A stretch of DNA of 64,000 nucleotides, from contig JAUCBJ010009123.1 of assembly GCA_032718475.1 (NCBI GenBank), positions 1 to 64,000 of the forward strand. The letters are read 5' to 3'. Numbering within the stretch: the stretch's first letter is position 1; every line of letters begins with the position of its first letter. The position numbers and the translations under genes are program-made. This document shows, one piece after another, positions 45,195 to 60,100 of the stretch. Origin of the DNA: Nemertoderma westbladi (lineage: Eukaryota > Animalia > Xenacoelomorpha). Under the pieces are notes generated by a model that made no database searches, was not told the DNA's origin, and worked only from the letters and a program-made list of their open reading frames with translations.

Positions 45195-48100
45195 GTACAG
45201 TAGCATAAAGTGTTAGGATGTTCTCTACAGTAGCATAAAGTGTTAGGATGTTCTCTACAGTAGCATAAAGTGTTAGGATGATCTCTACAGTAGCATAAAG
45301 TGTTAGGATGTTCTCTACAGTAGCATAAAGTGTTAGGATGTTCTCTACAGTAGCATAAAGTAGGATGTTCTCTACAGTAGCATAAAGTGTTAGGATGTTC
45401 TCTACAGTAGCATAAAGTGTTAGGATGATCTCTACAGTAGCATAAAGTGTTAGGATGTTCTCTACAGTAGCATAAAGTGTTAGGATGTTCTCTACAGTAG
45501 CATAAAGTGTTAGGATGTTCTCTACAGTAGCATAAAGTGTTAGGATGTTCTCTACAGTAGCATAAAGTGTTAGGATGTTCTCTACAGTAGCATAAAGTGT
45601 TAGGATATTCTCTACAGTAGCATAAAGTGTTAGGATGTTCTCTACAGTAGCATAAAGTGTTAGGATGTTCTCTACAGTAGCATAAAGTGTTAGGATGTTC
45701 TCTACAGTAGCATAAAGTGTTATTAGGATGTTCTCTACAGTAGCATAAAGTGTTAGGATGTTCTCTACAGTAGCATAAAGTGTTAGGATGTTCTCTACAG
45801 TAGCATAAAGTGTTAGGATGTTCTCTACAGTAGCATAAAGTGTTAGGATGTTCTCTACAGTAGCATAAAGTGTTAGGATGTTCTCTACAGTAGCATAAAG
45901 TGTTAGGATGTTCTCTACAGTAGCATAAAGTGTTATTAGGATGATCTCTACAGTAGCATAAAGTGTTATTAGGATGTTCTCTACAGTAGCATAAAGTGTT
46001 AGGATGTTCTCTACAGTAGCATAAAGTGTTAGGATGTTCTCTACAGTAGCATAAAGTGTTATTAGGATGTTCTCTACAGTAGCATAAAGTGTTAGGATGT
46101 TCTCTACAGTAGCATAAAGTGTTAGGATGTTCTCTACAGTAGCATAAAGTGTTAGGATGTTCTCTACAGTAGCATAAAGTGTTAGGATGTTCTCTACAGT
46201 AGCATAAAGTGATAGGATGTTCTCTACAGTAGCATAAAGTGTTAGGATGTTCTCTACAGTAGCATAAAGTGTTAGGATGTTCTCTACAGTAGCATAAAGT
46301 GTTAGGATGTTCTCTACAGTAGCATAAAGTGTTAGGATGTTCTCTACAGTAGCATAAAGTGTTAGGATGTTCTCTACAGTAGCATAAAGTGTTATTAGGA
46401 TGTTCTCTACAGTAGCATAAAGTGTTAGGATGTTCTCTACAGTAGCATAAAGTGTTAGGATGTTCTCTACAGTAGCATAAAGTGTTAGGATGTTCTCTAC
46501 AGTAGCATAAAGTGTTAGGATGTTCTCTACAGTAGCATAAAGTGATAGGATGTTCTCTACAGTAGCATAAAGTGTTAGGATGTTCTCTACAGTAGCATAA
46601 AGTGTTAGGATGTTCTCTACAGTAGCATAAAGTGTTAGGATGTTCTCTACAGTAGCATAAAGTGTTAGGATGTTCTCTACAGTAGCATAAAGTGTTAGGA
46701 TGTTCTCTACAGTAGCATAAAGTATTAGGATGTTCTCTACAGTAGCATAAAGTGTTAGGATGTTCTCTACAGTAGCATAAAGTGTTAGGATGTTCTCTAC
46801 AGTAGCATAAAGTGTTAGTATGTTCTCTACAGTAGCATAAAGTGTTAGGATGTTCTCTACAGTAGCATAAAGTGTTAGGATGTTCTCTACAGTAGCATAA
46901 AGTGTTAGGATGTTCTCTACAGTAGCATAAAGTGTTAGGATGTTCTCTACAGTAGCATAAAGTATTAGGATGTTCTCTACAGTAGCATAAAGTGTTAGGA
47001 TGTTCTCTACAGTAGCATAAAGTGTTAGGATGTTCTCTACAGTAGCATAAAGTAGGATGTTCTCTACAGTAGCATAAAGTAGTAATAGGATTAAATGCTC
47101 TGCAGTTAGCATACAAGTGTTTGGATGTTCTCTACAGTTGCATCAAGCTGTTAGGATGTTCTTCTACAGTAGCATAAAGTAGGATGTTCTCTACAGTAGC
47201 ATAAAGTAATAATAGATTAAATGCTTAGAGTTACATACAATTATTTGGATGTTCTCTACATTGTCAAGCTGAAGTAAAAGACCTTACCGGTAGGTATGCT
47301 CAGTACAGTACGATACAAATACTAAAATAAAAAGCAACTGACCATTAGACGTTGCATGCTATCAGTAATCAGCTGACGGCTGTCAGCTGATCAGTAGGTT
47401 TCGCTCCAATGGGGGCTTTCTCAAGTAGCTAGTGCTAGAAAGGAGACAATAGATAGAAGTTCCCAAGGAGACGGGACGGTAAAGTGAAACAAGGTAGAAG
47501 TGTATCCGTCTAACCACTGGGAAGCAGCACCTCACAGTAGCATAAAGTGTTAGGATGTTCTCTACAGTAGCATAAAGTATTAGGATGTTCTCTACAGTAG
47601 CATAAAGTGTTAGGATGTTCTCTACAGTAGCATAAAGTATTAGGATGTTCTCTACAGTAGCATAAAGTGTTAGGATGTTCTCTACAGTAGCATAAAGTGT
47701 TAGGATGTTCTCTACAGTAGCATAAAGTAGGATGATCTCTACAGTAGCATAAAGTGTTAGGATGTTCTCTACAGTAGCATAAAGTGTTAGGATGTTCTTT
47801 ACAGTAGCATAAAGTGTTAGGATGTTCTCTACAGTAGCATAAAGTATTAGGATGTTCTCTACAGTAGCATAAAGTGTTAGGATGTTCTCTACAGTAGCAT
47901 AAAGTAGGATGTTCTCTACAGTAGCATAAAGTAGGATGTTCTCTACAGTAGCATAAAGTGTTAGGATGTTCTCTACAGTAGCATAAAGTGTTAGGATGTT
48001 CTCTACAGTAGCATAAAGTGTTAGGATGATCTCTACAGTAGCATAAAGTGTTATTAGGATGTTCTCTACAGTAGCATAAAGTGTTAGGATGTTCTCTACA

Positions 48101-51100
48101 TTAGCATAAAGTATTAGGATGTTCTCTACAGTAGCATAAAGTGTTAGGATGTTCTCTACAGTAGCATAAAGTAGGATGTTCTCTACAGTAGCATAAAGTG
48201 TTAGGATATTCTCTACAGTAGCATAAAGTGTTAGGATGTTCTCTACAGTAGCATAAAGTGTTAGGATGTTCTCTACAGTAGCATAAAGTGTTAGGATGTT
48301 CTCTACAGTAGCATAAAGTAGGATGTTCTCTACAGTAGCATAAAGTGTTAGGATATTCTCTACAGTAGCATAAAGTGTTAGGATGTTCTCTACAGTAGCA
48401 TAAAGTGTTAGGATGATCTCTACAGTAGCATAAAGTGTTAGGATGTTCTCTACAGTAGCATAAAGTGTTAGGATGTTCTCTACAGTAGCATAAAGTATTA
48501 GGATGTTCTCTACAGTAGCATAAAGTGTTAGGATGTTCTCTACAGTAGCATAAAGTGTTAGGATGTTCTCTACAGTAGCATAAAGTGTTAGGATGTTCTC
48601 TACAGTAGCATAAAGTATTAGGATGTTCTCTACAGTAGCATAAAGTGTTAGGATGTTCTCTACAGTAGCATAAAGTAGGATGTTCTCTACAGTAGCATAA
48701 AGTGTTAGGATGTTCTCTACAGTAGCATAAAGTGTTAGGATGTTCTCTACAGTAGCATAAAGTGTTAGGATGTTCTCTACAGTAGCATAAAGTGTTAGGA
48801 TGTTCTCTACAGTAGCATAAAGTGTTAGGATGTTCTCTACAGTAGCATAAAGTGTATTAGGATGTTCTCTACAGTAGCATAAAGTGTTAGGATGTTCTCT
48901 ACAGTAGCATAAAGTGTTAGGATGTTCTCTACAGTAGCATAAAGTGTTAGGATGTTCTCTACAGTAGCATAAAGTGTTAGGATGTTCTCTACAGTAGCAT
49001 AAAGTATTAGGATGTTCTCTACAGTAGCATAAAGTGTTAGGATGTTCTCTACAGTAGCATAAAGTGTTAGGATGTTCTCTACAGTAGCATAAAGTGTTAG
49101 TATGTTCTCTACAGTAGCATAAAGTAGGATGTTCTCTACAGTAGCATAAAGTGTTAGGATGTTCTCTACAGTAGCATAAAGTAGGATGTTCTCTACAGTA
49201 GCATAAAGTATTAGGATGTTCTCTACAGTAGCATAAAGTGTTAGGATGTTCTCTACAGTAGCATAAAGTGTTAGGATGTTCTCTACAGTAGCATAAAGTG
49301 TTAGGATGTTCTCTACAGTAGCATAAAGTGTTAGGATGTTCTCTACAGTAGCATAAAGTGTTAGGATGTTCTCTACAGTAGCATAAAGTGTTAGGATGTT
49401 CTCTACAGTAGCATAAAGTATTAGGATGTTCTCTACAGTAGCATAAAGTGTTAGGATGTTCTCTACAGTAGCATAAAGTGTTAGGATGTTCTCTACAGTA
49501 GCATAAAGTAGGATGTTCTCTACAGTAGCATAAAGTGTTAGGATGTTCTCTACAGTAGCATAAAGTGTTAGGATGTTCTCTACAGTAGCATAAAGTGTTA
49601 GGATGTTCTCTACAGTAGCATAAAGTAGGATGTTCTCTACAGTAGCATAAAGTGTTAGGATGTTCTCTACAGTAGCATAAAGTGTTAGGATGTTCTCTAC
49701 AGTAGCATAAAGTAGGATGTTCTCTACAGTAGCATAAAGTGTTAGGATGTTCTCTACAGTAGCATAAAGTGTTAGGATGTTCTCTACAGTAGCATAAAGT
49801 GTTAGGATGTTCTCTACAGTAGCATAAAGTGTTAGGATGTTCTCTACAGTAGCATAAAGTGTTAGGATGTTCTCTACAGTAGCATAAAGTGTTAGGATGT
49901 TCTCTACAGTAGCATAAAGTATTAGGATGTTCTCTACAGTAGCATAAAGTGTTAGGATGTTCTCTACAGTAGCATAAAGTATTAGGATGTTCTCTACAGT
50001 AGCATAAAGTGTTAGGATGTTCTCTACAGTAGCATAAAGTATTAGGATGTTCTCTACAGTAGCATAAAGTGTTAGGATGTTCTCTACAGTAGCATAAAGT
50101 AGGATGTTCTCTACAGTAGCATAAAGTAGGATGTTCTCTACAGTAGCATAAAGTGTTAGGATGTTCTCTACAGTAGCATAAAGTGTTAGGATGTTCTCTA
50201 CAGTAGCATAAAGTGTTAGGATGATCTCTACAGTAGCATAAAGTGTTATTAGGATGTTCTCTACAGTAGCATAAAGTGTTAGGATGTTCTCTACATTAGC
50301 ATAAAGTATTAGGATGTTCTCTACAGTAGCATAAAGTGTTAGGATGTTCTCTACAGTAGCATAAAGTAGGATGTTCTCTACAGTAGCATAAAGTGTTAGG
50401 ATATTCTCTACAGTAGCATAAAGTGTTAGGATGTTCTCTACAGTAGCATAAAGTGTTAGGATGTTCTCTACAGTAGCATAAAGTGTTAGGATGTTCTCTA
50501 CAGTAGCATAAAGTGTTAGGATGTTCTCTACAGTAGCATAAAGTAGGATGATCTCTACAGTAGCATAAAGTGTTAGGACTGTAGGATGTTCTCTACAGTA
50601 GCATAAAGTGTTAGGATATTCTCTACAGTAGCATAAAGTGTTAGGATGTTCTCTACAGTAGCATAAAGTGTTAGGATGTTCTCTACAGTAGCATAAAGTG
50701 TTAGGATGTTCTCTACAGTAGCATAAAGTGTTAGGATGTTCTCTACAGTAGCATAAAGTGTTAGGATGTTCTCTACAGTAGCATAAAGTGTTAGGATGTT
50801 CTCTACAGTAGCATAAAGTGTTAGGATATTCTCTACAGTAGCATAAAGTGTTAGGATGTTCTCTACAGTAGCATAAAGTGTTAGGATGTTCTCTACAGTA
50901 GCATAAAGTGTTAGGATGTTCTCTACAGTAGCATAAAGTGTTAGGATGTTCTCTACAGTAGCATAAAGTAGGATGTTCTCTACAGTAGCATAAAGTGTTA
51001 GGATATTCTCTACAGTAGCATAAAGTGTTAGGATGTTCTCTACAGTAGCATAAAGTAGGATGATCTCTACAGTAGCATAAAGTGTTAGGACTGTAGGATG

Positions 51101-54100
51101 TTCTCTACAGTAGCATAAAGTGTTAGGATATTCTCTACAGTAGCATAAAGTGTTAGGATGTTCTCTACAGTAGCATAAAGTGTTAGGATGTTCTCTACAG
51201 TAGCATAAAGTGTTAGGATGTTCTCTACAGTAGCATAAAGTGTTAGGATGTTCTCTACAGTAGCATAAAGTGTTAGGATGTTCTCTACAGTAGCATAAAG
51301 TGTTAGGATGTTCTCTACAGTAGCATAAAGTGTTAGGATATTCTCTACAGTAGCATAAAGTGTTAGGATGTTCTCTACAGTAGCATAAAGTGTTAGGATG
51401 TTCTCTACAGTAGCATAAAGTGTTAGGATGTTCTCTACAGTAGCATAAAGTGTTAGGATGTTCTCTACAGTAGCATAAAGTAGGATGTTCTCTACAGTAG
51501 CATAAAGTGTTAGGATGTTCTCTACATTAGCATAAAGTATTAGGATGTTCTCTACAGTAGCATAAAGTGTTAGGATGTTCTCTACAGTAGCATAAAGTAG
51601 GATGTTCTCTACAGTAGCATAAAGTGTTAGGATATTCTCTACAGTAGCATAAAGTGTTAGGATGTTCTCTACAGTAGCATAAAGTGTTAGGATGTTCTCT
51701 ACAGTAGCATAAAGTGTTAGGATGTTCTCTACAGTAGCATAAAGTAGGATGATCTCTACAGTAGCATAAAGTGTTAGGACTGTAGGATGTTCTCTACAGT
51801 AGCATAAAGTGTTAGGATATTCTCTACAGTAGCATAAAGTGTTAGGATGTTCTCTACAGTAGCATAAAGTGTTAGGATGTTCTCTACAGTAGCATAAAGT
51901 GTTAGGATGTTCTCTACAGTAGCATAAAGTGTTAGGATGTTCTCTACAGTAGCATAAAGTGTTAGGATGTTCTCTACAGTAGCATAAAGTGTTAGGATGT
52001 TCTCTACAGTAGCATAAAGTGTTAGGATATTCTCTACAGTAGCATAAAGTGTTAGGATGTTCTCTACAGTAGCATAAAGTGTTAGGATGTTCTCTACAGT
52101 AGCATAAAGTGTTAGGATGTTCTCTACAGTAGCATAAAGTGTTAGGATGTTCTCTACAGTAGCATAAAGTAGGATGTTCTCTACAGTAGCATAAAGTGTT
52201 AGGATATTCTCTACAGTAGCATAAAGTGTTAGGATGTTCTCTACAGTAGCATAAAGTGTTAGGATGTTCTCTACAGTAGCATAAAGTATTAGGATGTTCT
52301 CTACAGTAGCATAAAGTGTTAGGATGTTCTCTACAGTAGCATAAAGTGTTAGGATGTTCTCTACAGTAGCATAAAGTGTTAGGATGTTCTCTACAGTAGC
52401 ATAAAGTGTTAGGATGTTCTCTACAGTAGCATAAAGTAGGATGTTCTCTACAGTAGCATAAAGTGTTAGGATATTCTCTACAGTAGCATAAAGTGTTAGG
52501 ATGTTCTCTACAGTAGCATAAAGTGTTAGGATGATCTCTACAGTAGCATAAAGTGTTAGGATGTTCTCTACAGTAGCATAAAGTGTTAGGATGTTCTCTA
52601 CAGTAGCATAAAGTATTAGGATGTTCTCTACAGTAGCATAAAGTGTTAGGATGTTCTCTACAGTAGCATAAAGTGTTAGGATGTTCTCTACAGTAGCATA
52701 AAGTGTTAGGATGTTCTCTACAGTAGCATAAAGTGTTAGGATGTTCTCTACAGTAGCATAAAGTGTTAGGATGTTCTCTACAGTAGCATAAAGTAGGATG
52801 TTCTCTACAGTAGCATAAAGTGTTAGGATATTCTCTACAGTAGCATAAAGTGTTAGGATGTTCTCTACAGTAGCATAAAGTGTTAGGATGTTCTCTACAG
52901 TAGCATAAAGTGTTAGGATGTTCTCTACAGTAGCATAAAGTAGGATGTTCTCTACAGTAGCATAAAGTGTTAGGATGTTCTCTACAGTAGCATAAAGTGT
53001 TAGGATATTCTCTACAGTAGCATAAAGTGTTAGGATGTTCTCTACAGTAGCATAAAGTTAGGATGTTCTCTACAGTAGCATAAAGTGTTAGGATGTTCTC
53101 TACAGTAGCATAAAGTGTTAGGATGTTCTCTACAGTAGCATAAAGTAGGATGTTCTCTACAGTAGCATAAAGTGTTAGGATGTTCTCTACAGTAGCATAA
53201 AGTGTTAGGATGTTCTCTACAGTAGCATAAAGTGTTAGGATGTTCTCTACAGTAGCATAAAGTGTTAGGATGTTCTCTACAGTAGCATAAAGTGTTAGGA
53301 TGTTCTCTACAGTAGCATAAAGTGTTAGGATGTTCTCTACAGTAGCATAAAGTGTTAGGATGTTCTCTACAGTAGCATAAAGTGTTAGGATGTTCTCTAC
53401 AGTAGCATAAAGTGTTAGGATGTTCTCTACAGTAGCATAAAGTGTTAGGATGTTCTCTACAGTAGCATAAAGTGTTAGGATGTTCTCTACAGTAGCATAA
53501 AGTGTTAGGATGTTCTCTACAGTAGCATAAAGTGTTAGGATGTTCTCTACAGTAGCATAAAGTGTTAGGATGTTCTCTACAGTAGCATAAAGTGTTAGGA
53601 TGTTCTCTACAGTAGCATAAAGTGTTAGGATGTTCTCTACAGTAGCATAAAGTGTTAGGATGTTCTCTACAGTAGCATAAAGTGTTAGGATGTTCTCTAC
53701 AGTAGCATAAAGTGTTAGGATGTTCTCTACAGTAGCATAAAGTGTTAGGATGTTCTCTACAGTAGCATAAAGTGTTAGGATGTTCTCTACAGTAGCATAA
53801 AGTGTTAGGATGTTCTCTACAGTAGCATAAAGTGTTAGGATGTTCTCTACAGTAGCATAAAGTGTTAGGATGTTCTCTACAGTAGCATAAAGTGTTAGGA
53901 TGTTCTCTACAGTAGCATAAAGTGTTAGGATGTTCTCTACAGTAGCATAAAGTGTTAGGATGTTCTCTACAGTAGCATAAAGTGTTAGGATGTTCTCTAC
54001 AGTAGCATAAAGTGTTAGGATGTTCTCTACAGTAGCATAAAGTGTTAGGATGTTCTCTACAGTAGCATAAAGTGTTAGGATGTTCTCTACAGTAGCATAA

Positions 54101-57100
54101 AGTGTTAGGATGTTCTCTACAGTAGCATAAAGTGTTAGGATGTTCTCTACAGTAGCATAAAGTGTTAGGATGTTCTCTACAGTAGCATAAAGTGTTAGGA
54201 TGTTCTCTACAGTAGCATAAAGTGTTAGGATGTTCTCTACAGTAGCATAAAGTGTTAGGATGTTCTCTACAGTAGCATAAAGTGTTAGGATGTTCTCTAC
54301 AGTAGCATAAAGTGTTAGGATGTTCTCTACAGTAGCATAAAGTGTTAGGATGTTCTCTACAGTAGCATAAAGTGTTAGGATGTTCTCTACAGTAGCATAA
54401 AGTGTTAGGATGTTCTCTACAGTAGCATAAAGTGTTAGGATGTTCTCTACAGTAGCATAAAGTGTTAGGATGTTCTCTACAGTAGCATAAAGTGTTAGGA
54501 TGTTCTCTACAGTAGCATAAAGTGTTAGGATGTTCTCTACAGTAGCATAAAGTGTTAGGATGTTCTCTACAGTAGCATAAAGTGTTAGGATGTTCTCTAC
54601 AGTAGCATAAAGTGTTAGGATGTTCTCTACAGTAGCATAAAGTGTTAGGATGTTCTCTACAGTAGCATAAAGTGTTAGGATGTTCTCTACAGTAGCATAA
54701 AGTGTTAGGATGTTCTCTACAGTAGCATAAAGTGTTAGGATGTTCTCTACAGTAGCATAAAGTGTTAGGATGTTCTCTACAGTAGCATAAAGTGTTAGGA
54801 TGTTCTCTACAGTAGCATAAAGTGTTAGGATGTTCTCTACAGTAGCATAAAGTGTTAGGATGTTCTCTACAGTAGCATAAAGTGTTAGGATGTTCTCTAC
54901 AGTAGCATAAAGTGTTAGGATGTTCTCTACAGTAGCATAAAGTGTTAGGATGTTCTCTACAGTAGCATAAAGTGTTAGGATGTTCTCTACAGTAGCATAA
55001 AGTGTTAGGATGTTCTCTACAGTAGCATAAAGTGTTAGGATGTTCTCTACAGTAGCATAAAGTGTTAGGATGTTCTCTACAGTAGCATAAAGTGTTAGGA
55101 TGTTCTCTACAGTAGCATAAAGTGTTAGGATGTTCTCTACAGTAGCATAAAGTGTTAGGATGTTCTCTACAGTAGCATAAAGTGTTAGGATGTTCTCTAC
55201 AGTAGCATAAAGTGTTAGGATGTTCTCTACAGTAGCATAAAGTGTTAGGATGTTCTCTACAGTAGCATAAAGTGTTAGGATGTTCTCTACAGTAGCATAA
55301 AGTGTTAGGATGTTCTCTACAGTAGCATAAAGTGTTAGGATGTTCTCTACAGTAGCATAAAGTGTTAGGATGTTCTCTACAGTAGCATAAAGTGTTAGGA
55401 TGTTCTCTACAGTAGCATAAAGTGTTAGGATGTTCTCTACAGTAGCATAAAGTGTTAGGATGTTCTCTACAGTAGCATAAAGTGTTAGGATGTTCTCTAC
55501 AGTAGCATAAAGTNNNNNNNNNNNNNNNNNNNNNNNNNNNNNNNNNNNNNNNNNNNNNNNNNNNNNNNNNNNNNNNNNNNNNNNNNNNNNNNNNNNNNNN
55601 NNNNNNNNNNNNNGATGTTCTCTACAGTAGCATAAAGTGTTAGGATGTTCTCTACAGTAGCATAAAGTGTTAGGATGATCTCTACAGTAGCATAAAGTGT
55701 TAGGATGTTCTCTACAGTAGCATAAAGTGTTAGGATGTTCTCTACAGTAGCATAAAGTGTTAGGATGTTCTCTACAGTAGCATAAAGTGTTAGGATGTTC
55801 TCTACAGTAGCATAAAGTGTTAGGATGTTCTCTACAGTAGCATAAAGTGTTAGGATGTTCTCTACAGTAGCATAAAGTGTTAGGATGTTCTCTACAGTAG
55901 CATAAAGTGTTAGGATGTTCTCTACAGTAGCATAAAGTGTTAGGATGTTCTCTACAGTAGCATAAAGTGTTAGTATGTTCTCTACAGTAAGATAAAGTGT
56001 TAGGATGATCTCTACAGTAGCATAAAGTGTTAGGATGTTCTCTACAGTAGCATAAAGTGTTAGATGTTCTCTACAGTAGCATAAAGTGTTAGGATGTTCT
56101 CTACAGTAGCATAAAGTGTTAGGATGTTCTCTACAGTAGCATAAAGTGTTAGGATGTTCTCTACAGTAGCATAAAGTGTTAGGATGTTCTCTACAGTAGC
56201 ATAAAGTGTTAGGATGTTCTCTACAGTAGCATAAAGTGTTAGGATGTTCTCTACAGTAGCATAAAGTGTTAGGATGTTCTCTACAGTAGCATAAAGTGTT
56301 AGGATGTTCTCTACAGTAGCATAAAGTGTTAGGATGTTCTCTACAGTAGCATAAAGTGTTAGGATGTTCTCTACAGTAGCATAAAGTGTTAGATGTTCTC
56401 TACAGTAGCATAAAGTGTTAGTATGTTCTCTACAGTAAGATAAAGTGTTAGGATGATCTCTACAGTAGCATAAAGTGTTATTAGGATGTTCTCTACAGTA
56501 GCATAAAGTGTTAGTATGTTCTCTACAGTAAGATAAAGTGTTAGGATGATCTCCACAGTAGCATAAAGTGTTAGGATGATCTCTACAGTAGCATAAAGTG
56601 TTAATGTTCTCTACAGTAGCATAAAGTGTTAGGATGTTCTCTACAGTAGCATAAAGTGTTAGGATGTTCTCTACAGTAGCATAAAGTGTTAGGATGTTCT
56701 CTACAGTAGCATAAAGTGTTAGGATGTTCTCTACAGTAGCATAAAGTGTTAGGATGATCTCTACAGTAGCATAAAGTGTTATTAGGATGTTCTCTACAGT
56801 AGCATAAAGTGTTAGGATGTTCTCTACAGTAGCATAAAGTGTTAGGATGTTCTCTACAGTAGCTACAGTAGCATAAAGTGTTAGGATGTTCTCTACAGTA
56901 GCATAAAGTGTTAGGATGATCTCTACAGTAGCATAAAGTGTTAGGATGTTCTCTACAGTAGCATAAAGTGTTAGGATGTTCTCTACAGTAGCATAAAGTG
57001 TTAGGATGTTCTCTACAGTAGCATAAAGTGTTAGGATGTTCTCTACAGTAGCATAAAGTGTTATTAGGATGTTCTCTACAGTAGCATAAAGTGTTAGGAT

Positions 57101-60100
57101 GTTCTCTACAGTAGCATAAAGTGTTAGGATGTTCTCTACAGTAGCATAAAGTGTTAGGATGATCTCTACAGTAGCATAAAGTGTTAGGATGTTCTCTACA
57201 GTAGCATAAAGTGTTAGGATGTTCTCTACAGTAGCATAAAGTGTTAGGATGTTCTCTACAGAAGCATAAAGTATTAGGATGATCTCTACAGTAGCATAAA
57301 GTGTTAGATGTTCTCTACAGTAGCATAAAGTGTTAGGATGTTCTCTACAGTAGCATAAAGTGTTAGGATGTTCTCTACAGTAGCATAAAGTGTTAGGATG
57401 TTCTCTACAGTAGCATAAAGTGTTAAGTAGCATAAAGTGTTAGGATGTTCTCTACAGTAGCATAAAGTGTTAGGATGTTCTCTACAGAAGCATAAAGTAT
57501 TAGGATGATCTCTACAGTAGCATAAAGTGTTAGGATGTTCTCTACAGTAGCATAAAGTGTTAGGATGTTCTCTACAGTAGCATAAAGTGTTAGGATGTTC
57601 TCTACAGTAGCATAAAGTGTTAGGATGTTCTCTACAGTAGCATAAAGTGTTAGATGTTCTCTACAGTAGCATAAAGTGTTAGGATGTTCTCTACAGTAGC
57701 ATAAAGTGTTAGGATGTTCTCTACAGTAGCATAAAGTGTTAGGATGATCTCTACAGTAGCATAAAGTGTTAATGTTCTCTACAGTAGCATAAAGTGTTAG
57801 GATGTTCTCTACAGTAGCATAAAGTGTTAGGATGTTCTCTACAGTAGCATAAAGTGTTAGGATGATCTCTACAGTAGCATAAAGTGTTAATGTTCTCTAC
57901 AGTAGCATAAAGTGTTAGGATGTTCTCTACAGTAGCATAAAGTGTTAGGATGTTCTCTACAGTAGCATAAAGTGTTAGGATGATCTCTACAGTAGCATAA
58001 AGTGTTATTAGGATGTTCTCTACAGTAGCATAAAGTGTTAGGATGTTCTCTACAGTAGCATAAAGTGTTAGGATGATTTCTACAGTAGCATAAAGTGTTA
58101 TTAGGATGTTCTCTACAGTAGCATAAAGTGTTAATGTTCTCTACAGTAGCATAAAGTGTTAGGATGTTCTCTACAGTAGCATAAAGTGTTAGGATGTTCT
58201 CTACAGTAGCATAAAGTGTTAATGTTCTCTACAGTAGCATAAAGTGTTAGTATGTTCTCTACAGTAAGATAAAGTGTTAGGATGATCTCTACAGTAGCAT
58301 AAAGTGTTATTAGGATGTTCTCTACAGTAGCATAAAGTGTTAGTATGTTCTCTACAGTAAGCATAAAGTGTTAGGATGATCTCCACAGTAGCATAAAGTG
58401 TTAGGATGATCTCTACAGTAGCATAAAGTGTTAATGTTCTCTACAGTAGCATAAAGTGTTAGGATGTTCTCTACAGTAGCATAAAGTGTTAGGATGTTCT
58501 CTACAGTAGCATAAAGTGTTAGGATGTTCTCTACAGTAGCATAAAGTGTTAGGATGTTCTCTACAGTAGCATAAAGTGTTAGGATGATCTCTACAGTAGC
58601 ATAAAGTGTTATTAGGATGTTCTCTACAGTAGCATAAAGTGTTAGGATGTTCTCTACAGTAGCATAAAGTGTTAGGATGTTCTCTACAGTAGCTACAGTA
58701 GCATAAAGTGTTAGGATGTTCTCTACAGTAGCATAAAGTGTTAGGATGATCTCTACAGTAGCATAAAGTGTTAGGATGTTCTCTACAGTAGCATAAAGTG
58801 TTAGGATGTTCTCTACAGTAGCATAAAGTGTTAGGATGTTCTCTACAGTAGCATAAAGTGTTAGGATGTTCTCTACAGTAGCATAAAGTGTTATTAGGAT
58901 GTTCTCTACAGTAGCATAAAGTGTTAGGATGTTCTCTACAGTAGCATAAAGTGTTAGGATGTTCTCTACAGTAGCATAAAGTGTTAGGATGATCTCTACA
59001 GTAGCATAAAGTGTTAGGATGTTCTCTACAGTAGCATAAAGTGTTAGGATGTTCTCTACAGTAGCATAAAGTGTTAGGATGTTCTCTACAGAAGCATAAA
59101 GTATTAGGATGATCTCTACAGTAGCATAAAGTGTTAGATGTTCTCTACAGTAGCATAAAGTGTTAGGATGTTCTCTACAGTAGCATAAAGTGTTAGGATG
59201 TTCTCTACAGTAGCATAAAGTGTTAGGATGTTCTCTACAGTAGCATAAAGTGTTAAGTAGCATAAAGTGTTAGGATGTTCTCTACAGTAGCATAAAGTGT
59301 TAGGATGTTCTCTACAGAAGCATAAAGTATTAGGATGATCTCTACAGTAGCATAAAGTGTTAGGATGTTCTCTACAGTAGCATAAAGTGTTAGGATGTTC
59401 TCTACAGTAGCATAAAGTGTTAGGATGTTCTCTACAGTAGCATAAAGTGTTAGGATGTTCTCTACAGTAGCATAAAGTGTTAGATGTTCTCTACAGTAGC
59501 ATAAAGTGTTAGGATGTTCTCTACAGTAGCATAAAGTGTTAGGATGTTCTCTACAGTAGCATAAAGTGTTAGGATGATCTCTACAGTAGCATAAAGTGTT
59601 AATGTTCTCTACAGTAGCATAAAGTGTTAGGATGTTCTCTACAGTAGCATAAAGTGTTAGGATGTTCTCTACAGTAGCATAAAGTGTTAGGATGATCTCT
59701 ACAGTAGCATAAAGTGTTAGATGTTCTCTACAGTAGCATAAAGTGTTAGGATGTTCTCTACAGTAGCATAAAGTGTTAGGATGTTCTCTACAGTAGCATA
59801 AAGTGTTAGGATGATCTCTACAGTAGCATAAAGTGTTATTAGGATGTTCTCTACAGTAGCATAAAGTGTTAGGATGTTCTCTACAGTAGCATAAAGTGTT
59901 AGGATGATTCTCTACAGTAGCATAAAGTGTTATTAGGATGTTCTCTACAGTAGCATAAAGTGTTAGATGTTCTCTACAGTAGCATAAAGTGTTAGGATGT
60001 TCTCTACAGTAGCATAAAGTGTTAGGATGTTCTCTACAGTAGCATAAAGTGTTAGGATGTTCTCTACAGTAGCATAAAGTGTTAGGATGATCTCTACAGT

